Source: Clostridia bacterium (GTDB taxonomy: Bacteria > Bacillota > Clostridia > RGIG6154). Taken from it: a stretch of 64,000 nucleotides of DNA. The DNA is taken from the NCBI GenBank assembly GCA_045589295.1, contig JAZNOU010000007.1, forward strand, positions 1 through 64,000. Reading direction: 5' to 3'. A program made the translations under genes and the position numbers. Every line of letters begins with the position of its first letter. The stretch's first letter is position 1. This document shows positions 38,474 through 49,153 of this stretch, piece by piece. A model generated the notes under the pieces. The model was not told the origin of the DNA. It saw only the letters and a program-made list of their open reading frames with translations, and did no database searches.

Positions 38474-39103
38474 TTAAAAATCCTCTTCTTTTACAGTTTC
38501 AAGCTTTGTAACCGAAACTTCAAAAGCTGTTTTTTCAACAAACTCATCCTCAGAAATTTTCTTTTTATAATCTCTGCTTTGAATTCTGCCCCATAGTTTT
38601 ATATTTGTCCCAACAGCTAAATTACCAGTAAATTTGGCGTTTCTGCCCCACGTAATACATGGAATGTAGTCAGACTTACCATACTGTCTGTTTACCGCAA
38701 TCAAAACATCACAAATTTCTCTGCCAAACGGCGTTGTTCTGTAAACCGGGGATTTGCAAATATATCCATTAAGATAAATGGAATTAGGTGAATCAAAATC
38801 TTCAGTCATATCATATATGTTTTTAACAAAAACAGTAAGTATAAGCTTATTCCCATCATCAGAATAATTGTTATATGAACGGAATTGACCTGTCACCTGA
38901 ATATATCTTCCAACATAAAGATCTATATCACCAAGCATTCTCTCTGAAACAGTTAGTATTACTGTATCGTAGTTATCGCTTAGCCTTGGTACTTTCAATC
39001 TTAGCTTACAAAAACCTTCTCCGTATATTTCGTGACTGTATTCCGGGTTGCTGTCTACAATTCCTTCCAATTGTACCTCATTGTTAGTCAGTAATTTTTC
39101 CAT
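38474..39103 (-). CDS. Tandem OB-fold single-stranded DNA-binding protein
   Basis: Two SSB-like repeats: NEVQLEG...GQFRSYN and NSIYLNG...DYIPCITWG...GRIQSRDY. Confidence 0.85.
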   Translation of the reverse strand: MEKLLTNNEVQLEGIVDSNPEYSHEIYGEGFCKLRLKVPRLSDNYDTVILTVSERMLGDIDLYVGRYIQVTGQFRSYNNYSDDGNKLILTVFVKNIYDMTEDFDSPNSIYLNGYICKSPVYRTTPFGREICDVLIAVNRQYGKSDYIPCITWGRNAKFTGNLAVGTNIKLWGRIQSRDYKKKISEDEFVEKTAFEVSVTKLETVKEEDF

Positions 39104-39158
39104 AAATACCCTCCTGAAGTGCTGCTATAAATACAGACACTTTAATCGTTATACGATA

Positions 39159-39187
39159 TATTTATGCAAAAACTAACGATGATATAC
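39159..39187 (-). promoter_or_regulatory. SigmaE-like promoter upstream of the SSB gene
   Basis: gtATA-16 bp-CATAAATA. Confidence 0.45.
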
Positions 39188-42100
39188 TAAAAAAATGTAA
39201 TCTGTGCAGATTCTTGCATACCATCTAAGCAACCTTCTTGTCGCAATACCTCGATTGCTGTCTTATTGACACCGCTACGCATTCTCAAATCTTCAATTGA
39301 AGTAAACTCTCCATCACATCTTGCTTCAGCTATAGATTTGGCTGCGTTTTCGCCAAGCCCGGGCATTGCTGAAAGCGGCGGTAATATTTTTTCATTTTCG
39401 TCAAGAGTAAATTTAACTGCATCAGATTTGTATAAATCTATTTTAGCAAATTCATATCCTCTTGTATACATTTCATTGCAAACTTCTAAAATTGTAAGTA
39501 CGGAAGAATCTTTTACACTTAATTTTTCATTACTGTTTCTTAAGCGTTTAATTTCTTCTCTTGTTTTCTCTAACCCCTTTGTCATTAGACTTGCATCAAA
39601 CAAATCTGCACGGACAGTAAAATATGTCATATAAAACGCTAATGGTCGGTATACTTTAAACCATGCAATTCTGTATGCCATCATTACGTATGCAGCAGCA
39701 TGTGCTTTAGGGAACATATACTTAATCTTCAAACACGAATCGATATACCAATCAGGCACATTACTTTCCTTCATTTTGGGTATATATTCCTGATGTTGAA
39801 AAAATTTGCCTTTACGTGTAAATTCCATAATTTGGAATGCATCTTCAGCCTCCATGCCCATATACATAAGATTTACCATGATATCATCGCGGGTACAAAT
39901 AACTTCTTTTAAAGTAGCGGTACCCTCACGCACTAAATCCTGTGCGTTATTGAGCCAAACATCTGTACCATGAGAAAGTCCGGAAATTCGTATCAATTCA
40001 CCAAAAGTAGTGGGCAATGTATCTAAAAGCATCTGCTTTGTAAATCCGGTTCCAAATTCCGGCAAACCGTTTGTACCAATTATTTCATTAAACTCTTCAT
40101 CATATAATTCTTCTTTGTATTTCAGCATTTTATTACTGGAAAACAAACTCATTACGCCCTCGTCATCTAAAGGAATTTTTTGAACATCAATCCCTGTGAT
40201 ATCAGAGAGCATTCTCAAAACTGTTGGATCGTCATGACCCAAAATATCAAATTTAAGAAGTGTTCCTTTCATTTTGCTGTAATCAAAATGTGTAGTTATA
40301 ATATCAACATCTGTTTTATCTGCAGGCCTGTGTATAGGACAAAAATCATATATATCCATATCATCAGGCACAACGACCATACCACCTGGATGCTGACCAG
40401 TTGTTTTTCTTACACCAGCACAACCAATTGTTAGTCTGTTTTTTTCTGCATTTGTAGCTTGAATATTTCTTTCAGCAAGATAATTCATGACATAACCATA
40501 TGCTGTTTTATCTGCCAAGGTGGAAATAGTACCCGCCTTAAACACGTGATCGCTACCAAAAAAGTTTTCAAGATATTTATGGGCCTTTGCCTGATATTCA
40601 CCAGAAAAATTCAGATCTATATCAGGGTCTTTTTCACCATGAAAACCAAGAAAAGTTTCAAATGGAATATCAAACCCATCTTTATTCATTTTTGTTCCAC
40701 ATTCAGGACAGTCTTTATCTGGCATATCTACGCCACAAGCATATTTACCATCAGTAACAAATTCATTATGTTTACAGTTTGGACATACATAATGCGGGCA
40801 CAACGAATTAACCTCTGTGATTTTCATTAAAAAGGCAATAAATGAAGAACCGACAGAACCACGAGAGCCAACCAAATACCCATCTTCTAAGGATTTCCAC
40901 ACAAGTTTCTGTGCAATTACATACATAACAGAAAATCCGTTGTTTATGATTGAATTAAGTTCCTTATCCATTCTGTCAAGGACAAATTGTGGAATATTTT
41001 CGCCATAAATTTCATGGGCGGTAGAATACGAAATATTTCTAACATCGTCTTCAGCGCCATCAATTCTAGGTGCATATGTTTGTTTAGGAATAGGCTGCAA
41101 GTTAGGTTCAATCATATCAGCAATCAAATTAGTATTTTTAACAACGGCGTTATATGCGGTTTCTTCATCGAAATAATCAAATTCCTTAAGCATATCCGTT
41201 GTATTTCTAAAATACAGTGGTGCTTGATTATCAGCATCTTTATACTTCTGTCCTGCCTGAATTATCGCTCTGAAAATTTTATCATCTGGGTCTAAAAAAT
41301 GCGCATCACAAGTTGCTACATAAGGTTTATTAAGCTCCTTAGCTAAATCTACAATAATCTTATTAAAATCCTGTAACTGCTTAACACTATCCACAGTTCC
41401 ATTATCCAACATAAATCTGTTGTTACCTATAGGCTGAATTTCCAAATAATCATAAAAATCTGCCATTTTGAGTAATTCATTATGGCTTTTACCTTCAACA
41501 ACCGCACAAAAGAGCTCACCAGCTTCACAAGCCGAACCAACAATAAGCCCGTCACGATACTCAGAAAGAATTCTTCTTGGAACCCTAGGTCTTTTGTGGA
41601 AATAGTTAAGATGAGATTCTGAGATAATTTTATATAAATTTTTCATACCCTCTTGATTTTTAACCAAGAGAACTACGTGATATGTATTTGCCTTTGTATA
41701 ATCAGAATGTGGGAACTTTGAGTTAATTTCCTGAATATTATTTGCGCCCAATTTAACCAGTGCATCTCTTGTTTTTAAAAAAATCAAGCCACAAGTTCTC
41801 GCATCATCAAAAGCTCTGTGATGACTACCCATATTAATATTTAAACGCTTGGCAACAATATCTAATTTAAATTTTTTTAAATCTGGAAGTACGTTTTTAC
41901 AAAGTTCCAAAGTGTCAATAGAAGTATTAGTGAAACTAAGTCCCATTTTTTCACAGTTAAACTTGATAAATCCACAGTCAAATTCTGCATTATGTGCAAT
42001 TACCGGAAAATCACCAACAAAATCAAGAAATTTGGGCATTATAGTTGCAAGGTCGGGCATTCCTGTAAGCATGTCATTAGTTATTCCAGTCAATTCAGTA

Positions 42101-43098
42101 GTAAAGTTACTGATTGAAAAACCAGGATTTATTAACTCATTGAAAGTTTCAGTAATCTGGCCTCTTTCAATTTTTACAGCACCAATTTCAATTATTGAAG
42201 ATGTAAGGGGGCTCAATCCTGTTGTTTCTATATCAATTGCTATAAAGCAATCTTCCAAGCCACAATCCTTATAGCCTCTTACAATTTTTGTATCATCATC
42301 TATCAGGTAACATTCAACACCATATATAATTTTTACACCATTCTTTTTACCTGCATCTAAAGCATCCGGGTAAGCCTGAACTACACCATGATCAGTGATT
42401 GCTAATGCCTTATGCCCCCACTTTGCCGCACGTTCAACGGCTGCCTCTACGTCAATTACACTGTCCATAGCACTCATCTTTGTATGCAAGTGAAGTTCTA
42501 CTCTCTTTTCTTTAGCGTCATCAGTATAAACCGGTGGTTCAACCAAAGTAACCGCATCAGAAAAAATTCCAACCTCGTTATCATACTTATCATACGATGC
42601 TTCACCCATAACTCTAAGATATCTTCCTGTCTTTATCTGTGAGCAAACCTTTTCTGCTACAGGCTTAGTCATATGTAATTTGCAAGTAATTGAGGATGTT
42701 TTATCAGTTATATCAAATTTAAACAGTATTTTTCCTTTTTTTGTTTCTCTGCTTTCTGTAGAAATAACACAACCTTCTATCACTACTTTTCCATAATACT
42801 GATCGATATTGGAAATTTTTTCGACATCAATATCACCCAATAATGGTTTTCCTAAAAGAACCGGATTTAATTTTTTTTCAGGTTCAACTAAATCAAATTT
42901 AGCATCAACATTATCCACTGGGTATAAACATAAAATAGCATCTATAAGTTCTTTTTTCTCTTCTGCCGTAATTTCATTTGGTACAGAAAAAGTAACCTGC
43001 ATCGTATTTGAGGCAGGTTTTAATTTAATATTAGTTACCTTTGTAGAAAGCATGATTGGTGAAACCACCACATCATTAAACAAATCCAAAAAATCCAT
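39187..43098 (-). CDS. polC: DNA polymerase III PolC
   Basis: RVELHLHTKMS (PHP), DIETTG/HNAEFD (exonuclease), VGSRGSVG, PDIDLNF, KFDILGHD, FPKAHA. Confidence 0.97.
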   Translation of the reverse strand: MDFLDLFNDVVVSPIMLSTKVTNIKLKPASNTMQVTFSVPNEITAEEKKELIDAILCLYPVDNVDAKFDLVEPEKKLNPVLLGKPLLGDIDVEKISNIDQYYGKVVIEGCVISTESRETKKGKILFKFDITDKTSSITCKLHMTKPVAEKVCSQIKTGRYLRVMGEASYDKYDNEVGIFSDAVTLVEPPVYTDDAKEKRVELHLHTKMSAMDSVIDVEAAVERAAKWGHKALAITDHGVVQAYPDALDAGKKNGVKIIYGVECYLIDDDTKIVRGYKDCGLEDCFIAIDIETTGLSPLTSSIIEIGAVKIERGQITETFNELINPGFSISNFTTELTGITNDMLTGMPDLATIMPKFLDFVGDFPVIAHNAEFDCGFIKFNCEKMGLSFTNTSIDTLELCKNVLPDLKKFKLDIVAKRLNINMGSHHRAFDDARTCGLIFLKTRDALVKLGANNIQEINSKFPHSDYTKANTYHVVLLVKNQEGMKNLYKIISESHLNYFHKRPRVPRRILSEYRDGLIVGSACEAGELFCAVVEGKSHNELLKMADFYDYLEIQPIGNNRFMLDNGTVDSVKQLQDFNKIIVDLAKELNKPYVATCDAHFLDPDDKIFRAIIQAGQKYKDADNQAPLYFRNTTDMLKEFDYFDEETAYNAVVKNTNLIADMIEPNLQPIPKQTYAPRIDGAEDDVRNISYSTAHEIYGENIPQFVLDRMDKELNSIINNGFSVMYVIAQKLVWKSLEDGYLVGSRGSVGSSFIAFLMKITEVNSLCPHYVCPNCKHNEFVTDGKYACGVDMPDKDCPECGTKMNKDGFDIPFETFLGFHGEKDPDIDLNFSGEYQAKAHKYLENFFGSDHVFKAGTISTLADKTAYGYVMNYLAERNIQATNAEKNRLTIGCAGVRKTTGQHPGGMVVVPDDMDIYDFCPIHRPADKTDVDIITTHFDYSKMKGTLLKFDILGHDDPTVLRMLSDITGIDVQKIPLDDEGVMSLFSSNKMLKYKEELYDEEFNEIIGTNGLPEFGTGFTKQMLLDTLPTTFGELIRISGLSHGTDVWLNNAQDLVREGTATLKEVICTRDDIMVNLMYMGMEAEDAFQIMEFTRKGKFFQHQEYIPKMKESNVPDWYIDSCLKIKYMFPKAHAAAYVMMAYRIAWFKVYRPLAFYMTYFTVRADLFDASLMTKGLEKTREEIKRLRNSNEKLSVKDSSVLTILEVCNEMYTRGYEFAKIDLYKSDAVKFTLDENEKILPPLSAMPGLGENAAKSIAEARCDGEFTSIEDLRMRSGVNKTAIEVLRQEGCLDGMQESAQITFF

Positions 43099-43099
43099 T

Positions 43100-44143
43100 T
43101 TATGCTCCGTTAATTTCTTTCATAAGTTCATCTAATAAATTTTCAAAAGGTATTTTCCTTACAAGTTCACCCTTTTTAAACAAAATGCACTCAGTAAGGC
43201 CGCCAGCAACTCCAAGATCAGCCTCTTTCGCTTCTCCCGGACCATTAACTACACAGCCCATAACTGCAACTGTTAACTTTTTGTCAATATTTTTAGTTAG
43301 TTCTTCAACCTTTTTTACAGTTTCTATCAAATTATAATTGCATCTTCCACATGTTGGGCAAGAAACAATATTTATTCCTCCATTAATCTTTCCACAAGCT
43401 TTGAGAATTTCTTTTGCAGCATATATTTCTTTTTCTGGTTCTGCAGTAAGTGAAACTCTGATAGTGTCACCTATATCGTCCAAAATCAAGCTTCCTAGTC
43501 CAACAGAAGATTTAACAAGACCTGAATATTCGCTACCTGCTTCAGTAACACCGATATGTAGAGGATAATTCACTTTTTTAGCAATCTTTCTATATGCTTC
43601 CACTGTTGTAACAACATTTGACGCCTTTAAGGACAATACAATATTTGTAAAATCGCATCCTTCTAAAACTGCAACTTCTTTAAGAGCACTTTCTACCATC
43701 GCATCAGCATTTGGTGCGCCAAATTTTTGCAATATTTCTTTATCAATTGAACCGGAATTGACACCAATCCTTATAGGAATATTACACAAATTAGCTCTAT
43801 TTGCTAAAATTTTCACTCTTTCTCTGTCGCCAATATTCCCAGGATTTATTCTAATCTTATCAATTCCTCTTTCGATACACTCCAATGCTATCTTATAGTC
43901 AAAATGTATATCTGCAACCAAAGGTATAGATATTTTCTCCTTAATTTTGTCAATAAACTTTGCATCTTCAATTGTCGGTACAGTTATGCGGACAATATCG
44001 CATCCTGCTTTTTCCAAACTATTTATCTGAGCAATACTTTTTTCAATATCAGAAGGTTTTGTTGTGGTCATGGATTGAATTGCAATCCTATTGCCACCAC
44101 CAATCTTCATATTGCCTATGCTAATTTCTTTGGTGTTTTTCAT
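43100..44143 (-). CDS. ispG: HMBPP synthase IspG
   Basis: IQSMT, PLVADIHF, RINPGN, SCPTCGR, MGCVVNGPGE. Confidence 0.97.
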   Translation of the reverse strand: MKNTKEISIGNMKIGGGNRIAIQSMTTTKPSDIEKSIAQINSLEKAGCDIVRITVPTIEDAKFIDKIKEKISIPLVADIHFDYKIALECIERGIDKIRINPGNIGDRERVKILANRANLCNIPIRIGVNSGSIDKEILQKFGAPNADAMVESALKEVAVLEGCDFTNIVLSLKASNVVTTVEAYRKIAKKVNYPLHIGVTEAGSEYSGLVKSSVGLGSLILDDIGDTIRVSLTAEPEKEIYAAKEILKACGKINGGINIVSCPTCGRCNYNLIETVKKVEELTKNIDKKLTVAVMGCVVNGPGEAKEADLGVAGGLTECILFKKGELVRKIPFENLLDELMKEINGA

Positions 44144-44151
44144 AACAAACC

Positions 44152-45159
44152 TCATTTACCAAATATCTTAAATACATCACTAAAAGTAACAAATAACATT
44201 AAAACCAATAACGCACAAAATCCAATTGCATGCACTACTGCCTCATATTTTTGCGGCACTGGCTTTCTAAATATAAGTTCAATCATAACAAATAGAATTC
44301 TACCACCATCCAATGCAGGAAAAGGTAGCAAATTAAACAATCCAAGATTAACGGTTATCAATGCAAAAAGGTAAATCACATTCATAATCCCCAATTTAGC
44401 AGCTTTTCCTATTTCAGTAACAATTCCAACTGGTCCGGAAGCATCACTAACTGACACAGTTCCGGTTAACATATCAACAACTGAAACAATAACCATTTTT
44501 GAAATAAATATTTCAAAATAAAATGAATACTTGATAGTCTCTAAAAATGAGTTGTTCACAAGTTTAGGCTTATACCCTATAAAGTATGTGCCATTATCAA
44601 CCATTGGTGTTATATTCAACGTCACCCTTTTTTGTCCGCGTTCTACTGTAACATCAATGTCCTTAGCACCATTTCGAAAAAGAAAAAATGAAATATCCGA
44701 ATCAATATTAACACTAGTTGAATTGAGTTTTATAATTTTATCACCAGATAGCAATCCCTGCGAATAAGCAGGAGCATTTTCCAACACAGAATCTACAACA
44801 GGTGTTGAAATATGTTCATTTGGTGAAAACAAAATTAAAAGTGCCGCAAAACCAATCAACAAATTCATAAATGCACCAGCCGCTAAAATGCTGATTCTTT
44901 GCAATGGTTTTTTCTGAGAAAAGGACACTGGTGAAATAACTTCTTCATCCTCCCCTGTAAGCTTACAGTATCCACCAATCGGTATCAGTCTGAGTGAATA
45001 TAGCGTCTCTTTGCCATGATATGAGAAAATTTTAGGTCCCATACCAATTGCAAATTCAGTAACTTCTACCTTATTTAATTTTGCAGCTATAAGATGTCCT
45101 GCTTCATGCACCCCTATCAAAAGTCCAAAAACTATAATAGCAACAACAACTGTTAACAA
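44152..45159 (-). CDS. rseP: RIP metalloprotease RseP/RasP (M50 with PDZ)
   Basis: HEAGH, AGAFMN, NLLPFPALDGG. Confidence 0.93.
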   Translation of the reverse strand: MLTVVVAIIVFGLLIGVHEAGHLIAAKLNKVEVTEFAIGMGPKIFSYHGKETLYSLRLIPIGGYCKLTGEDEEVISPVSFSQKKPLQRISILAAGAFMNLLIGFAALLILFSPNEHISTPVVDSVLENAPAYSQGLLSGDKIIKLNSTSVNIDSDISFFLFRNGAKDIDVTVERGQKRVTLNITPMVDNGTYFIGYKPKLVNNSFLETIKYSFYFEIFISKMVIVSVVDMLTGTVSVSDASGPVGIVTEIGKAAKLGIMNVIYLFALITVNLGLFNLLPFPALDGGRILFVMIELIFRKPVPQKYEAVVHAIGFCALLVLMLFVTFSDVFKIFGK

Positions 45160-45163
45160 AAAA

Positions 45164-46315
45164 TCACCTTCCGCATATTTGGTAAATTCTCTCTCTTGCT
45201 TGTTTATCGGCGATCAAAATATCTTTTATGTTATAATCATAAACGGGTGTGTAACTTTTGATTGCTTCTTCTATACAATCTCCAATATCTAAAAACCCAA
45301 TTTTGCCATTTAAAAATAGCTCAACAGCAGTTTCATTCGCACCATTTAAATAAGCAGGCACGGTCCCGCCAACTTTAATAGCCTCAATTGCCAAATTTAA
45401 GCACTTAAATGTATCATAATCGGGTTTATCAAAAGTCAAAGAATTAAGCGATGAAAAATCCAATGGTTCACAATCTAAAACTTCTCGATCAGGATAATTA
45501 AGCGCAACACTTATAGGAGTTCTCATATCAGGCTTGCCCATCTGCGCCAACACACTGCCGTCGGTAAACTCAACCATAGAATGTATTATGCTCTGTCTGT
45601 GAACAATTATATCAATTTCTTCAGGTTTAACACCAAAAAGCCACTTTGCTTCAATAAACTCCAAGCCTTTATTCATAAGAGTGGCGCTATCAATTGTTAT
45701 TTTACTACCCATACTCCAATTAGGATGGTTAAGAGCATCAGCGACTGAAACCTTTTCAAGTTCAGCGCGGTTCTTGCCAAAAAAGGGGCCACCCGAAGCC
45801 GTAAGAATAATTCTTTTTATGTTTTTTTGTTGCGAACCGTTTAAACACTGAAAAATAGCACTGTGCTCGCTATCTACAGGCAAAAGCTTTACGCCATTTT
45901 CTTTAGCTTTTTGAGTAACCAATTTACCTGCAGTAACAAGCGTTTCTTTGTTAGCGAGAGCGATATCAATTTTATTATTAATCGCATCAAGCGTTGGCAA
46001 AAGTCCTGCAACACCAACTATTGCAGACAAAACAATATCAGCACCAGAATTGCAGGAAACTTCTCTTACGCCATCTAAACCGCATAAAATTTTTGTACCG
46101 CAATCACTTACTGAATTTTTTAATTCTGTATAAAGTGATTCGTCAAAAATTGCAGCTTTTTCAGGCTTGTATTTTCTTATTTGTTCACTAAGACGTTTAA
46201 CATTTTTGTTAGCAGCAAGACCGCAAATTGCAAAACTGCCGTTTTGCCTATCAACAACATCCAAAGTTTGTGTTCCAATTGAACCTGTTGAACCAAGTAC
46301 AGATATTTTTTTCAT
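45164..46315 (-). CDS. dxr: 1-deoxy-D-xylulose-5-phosphate reductoisomerase
   Basis: GSTGSIG, LANKE, PVDSEH, TASGGPF, HPNWSMG. Confidence 0.97.
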   Translation of the reverse strand: MKKISVLGSTGSIGTQTLDVVDRQNGSFAICGLAANKNVKRLSEQIRKYKPEKAAIFDESLYTELKNSVSDCGTKILCGLDGVREVSCNSGADIVLSAIVGVAGLLPTLDAINNKIDIALANKETLVTAGKLVTQKAKENGVKLLPVDSEHSAIFQCLNGSQQKNIKRIILTASGGPFFGKNRAELEKVSVADALNHPNWSMGSKITIDSATLMNKGLEFIEAKWLFGVKPEEIDIIVHRQSIIHSMVEFTDGSVLAQMGKPDMRTPISVALNYPDREVLDCEPLDFSSLNSLTFDKPDYDTFKCLNLAIEAIKVGGTVPAYLNGANETAVELFLNGKIGFLDIGDCIEEAIKSYTPVYDYNIKDILIADKQARERIYQICGR

Positions 46316-46327
46316 AATAACTCCAAA

Positions 46328-47137
46328 CTAAGCCGTAAATAAAGTCACATAAGCCACAAAATAATAAATGAGTGGCGCCATTAAAATTATACTATCTATT
46401 CTATCCATTACTCCACCATGTCCAGGCAGAATATGTCCATAATCCTTTACACCAAACTCCCTTTTTATAACAGACGCAGTCAAATCACCTAACTGTGAAA
46501 CCAAACCACTTATTATTCCCAAAATCACAAGCGCTACATAGTTAACATTAAATCCTGTTATTTGTGTTACAACATAACCAAAGGCAAGCATTAATAAAAT
46601 GGTACCTACTTCACCGCCAATTGCACCTTCAATAGTTTTTTTAGGACTAATTTCAGGACACAATTTATGTTTTCCGAATAATACGCCAACAAAATATGCA
46701 CAAGTATCTGTAGCAAACGCACCAATAAATACCAAGAATATATATATGTCGCCCATTTGAAGCTTTCTTACTGCAATAATGTGAAGCATTGCCACAGTTA
46801 TGTAAATCATACAGAACACTGTCATTACAATATCAGAAAACTTGATTTTTTTATGCGCAAAAATCATAATAGCAAACAATGTTAAAACATAAATTAAGCA
46901 CGAAAGACCAATTAACTTTGTAATGTTAAACCAAATAATTAATGAAAAGAAAACAGAAAACACTAAATTGCACCACTTAAGCTGAGGCTTTGAATCAAAG
47001 CCAACAACATTGGACATTTCAAACTGTGCTATGAGCACAAGCAAGCTTACAAAAGTTGCTACAATATTATAATTTGAAAACAAGATAGCAATTATAGCAA
47101 CCGCAATTGCCGCACCCGTAATAACTCTTTGTAACAT
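46328..47137 (-). CDS. cdsA: Phosphatidate cytidylyltransferase
   Basis: ISPKKTIEG, KREFGVKD, PGHGGVMDRIDS. Confidence 0.95.
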   Translation of the reverse strand: MLQRVITGAAIAVAIIAILFSNYNIVATFVSLLVLIAQFEMSNVVGFDSKPQLKWCNLVFSVFFSLIIWFNITKLIGLSCLIYVLTLFAIMIFAHKKIKFSDIVMTVFCMIYITVAMLHIIAVRKLQMGDIYIFLVFIGAFATDTCAYFVGVLFGKHKLCPEISPKKTIEGAIGGEVGTILLMLAFGYVVTQITGFNVNYVALVILGIISGLVSQLGDLTASVIKREFGVKDYGHILPGHGGVMDRIDSIILMAPLIYYFVAYVTLFTA

Positions 47138-47139
47138 AA

Positions 47140-47880
47140 CTATTCCTCCGCCTTGTCTTCTAAAAGACCGCCGTATTTACGTTTACGTGCTTGATAATCA
47201 CAAATTGCTTGTTCTAAATCTTCTTCCATAAATTCAGGCCAAAGTTTTTCGGTAAACCAAAATTCTGAATATGATGACTGCCAAATTAAAAAATTGCTTA
47301 GTCTCAATTCACCGGCAGTTCTTATTATTAAATCTGGATCAGGAATATCATAAGTATACAAATATTCAGAGAACTTTTCTTCAGTAAGTTCATTGGCAGA
47401 AAGAACGCCCTCCTGAATATCTTTAATAATACTTTTTGTTGCAGAAATGATTTCATTACGACCACCATACCCTAAAGCGATATTTACGCTAAGACCTTTT
47501 TTATTTTCGGTCATTTTCTCAACGTACTTAATGGCTGCTTTGATTGTGGGATCAAAACTTGAAATATCGCCTATAACACGAATTCTTATTTCAGTTCCGC
47601 CAATGTAACTTTCCCAATTTTTAAGATAGTTTGCCAAAAGAGACATAAGCCCCATAACTTCCGTTTTGGGGCGTTTCCAATTTTCTGTAGAGAATGCGTA
47701 GACAGTAAGATTTTTCACACCGGCGCGTTCGCAATATTCGGCAATTTTAACTAATCTCTCTGCTCCTGCCTTATGTCCGTTTGTCCTTGATAACCCGCGC
47801 ATAGTGGCATATCGTCCGTTACCATCCATAATAATTCCTATGCTTTTGGGAATTCTTTCTAAATCAAACTTATACTTCAA
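47140..47880 (-). CDS. uppS: Undecaprenyl diphosphate synthase
   Basis: IMDGNGR, FSTENWKRP, RTAGELRLSNF. Confidence 0.95.
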   Translation of the reverse strand: MKYKFDLERIPKSIGIIMDGNGRYATMRGLSRTNGHKAGAERLVKIAEYCERAGVKNLTVYAFSTENWKRPKTEVMGLMSLLANYLKNWESYIGGTEIRIRVIGDISSFDPTIKAAIKYVEKMTENKKGLSVNIALGYGGRNEIISATKSIIKDIQEGVLSANELTEEKFSEYLYTYDIPDPDLIIRTAGELRLSNFLIWQSSYSEFWFTEKLWPEFMEEDLEQAICDYQARKRKYGGLLEDKAEE

Positions 47881-48424
47881 GAACTTCAGCTTCCTTTTTC
47901 TTTACAATTTCATCAATTTCTTTAATTGCATTGTCAGTCATATCCTGAACATCTTTTTCAATACCTTTAAGATCGTCTTCGGTAATTTCACTCGCTTTCT
48001 GTTGCTTTTTAAACATTTCAAGCGCATCACGTCTTATTGAACGAATAGCAACTTTTGAGTCTTCACCGATTTTTTTAACATTTTTAACAAGTTCTTTTCT
48101 TCTTTCTTCTGTAAGTGGAGGAAAAGTAAGTCTGATAACTTTTCCGTCATTGTTTGGATTAATTCCTAAGTCAGAAGCAGAAATTGATTTTTCAATTTCT
48201 TTTAAAATTGTAGCATCCCATGGTTGAATAACAATTGTTCTTGCCTCAGGAACAGAAATTGTTCCCACTTGAGGAATAGGGGTAGCTACACCATAATAAT
48301 CAACAGTTATCTTATCAAGCACAGATGGATTGGCGCGTCCTGCTCTAATTGATGCAAGTTCACTTGCCAAAACACTTATACTTTTATCCATTTTAGATTT
48401 AACTTCAGTATATTGAGGTTTCAT
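47870..48424 (-). CDS. frr: Ribosome recycling factor
   Basis: IRAGRANP, PPLTEERRKELVK. Confidence 0.97.
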   Translation of the reverse strand: MKPQYTEVKSKMDKSISVLASELASIRAGRANPSVLDKITVDYYGVATPIPQVGTISVPEARTIVIQPWDATILKEIEKSISASDLGINPNNDGKVIRLTFPPLTEERRKELVKNVKKIGEDSKVAIRSIRRDALEMFKKQQKASEITEDDLKGIEKDVQDMTDNAIKEIDEIVKKKEAEVLEV

Positions 48425-48442
48425 ATTTTTATCTCCTTAAAA

Positions 48443-49153
48443 TTAATTATTAACAATAGTTCCAATTTTTTCACCTTTAATAGCACGAATAATATTTTCA
48501 GGTTCGTTCAAACCAAATACTAATATTGGAATGTCGTTATCCATACAAAGTGATGTAGCAGTTGAATCCATAACACCAAGTCTGCTATTTAATATATTTA
48601 TGTAACTTAAATGATCAAACTTAACTGCAGTCGGATTAACGTTAGGATCACTGTCATATACAGCATCAACTTTTTTTGCAAGCAGTATAATATCAGCATT
48701 GATTTCTGCTGCTCTTAAAGCTGCGGCAGTGTCTGTTGAAAAGAACGGACATCCCGAACCGCAAGCAAAAATAACAACACGATTATGTTCTAAATGTTTT
48801 ACAGCCTTACCTCTTATGTACGGTTCAGCAATCTGACGCATTTCAATGGCAGTCTGAACTCTTGTTGGAACACCTTTACTTTCAAGTGAGTCTGCAAGTG
48901 CCAAAGAATTTATCACAGTAGCAAGCATTCCCATATGATCTGCACGAGTTCTTTCCATTCCCTCGCCATCTCTTCCTCTCCAGAAATTACCTCCACCAAC
49001 AACAATTGCAACTTCTACTCCCATTTCAACACATTCTTTAATTTTGTCGCATATGTCACTGATAGTTTCGTGATTAAGTCCAAATTTGTTTTCACCAGCC
49101 AAAGCTTCGCCGCTTACTTTCAGCAAAACTCTTTTATACTTTGCTTCACTCAC
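48443..49153 (-). CDS. pyrH: UMP kinase
   Basis: [28 protein letters not shown]. Confidence 0.97.
   Translation of the reverse strand: MSEAKYKRVLLKVSGEALAGENKFGLNHETISDICDKIKECVEMGVEVAIVVGGGNFWRGRDGEGMERTRADHMGMLATVINSLALADSLESKGVPTRVQTAIEMRQIAEPYIRGKAVKHLEHNRVVIFACGSGCPFFSTDTAAALRAAEINADIILLAKKVDAVYDSDPNVNPTAVKFDHLSYINILNSRLGVMDSTATSLCMDNDIPILVFGLNEPENIIRAIKGEKIGTIVNN

Noticed and set aside
39187-43098. Intein or intron in polC or the topoisomerase genes
   Set aside because: Lengths are normal or short; no splicing motifs or insertions seen
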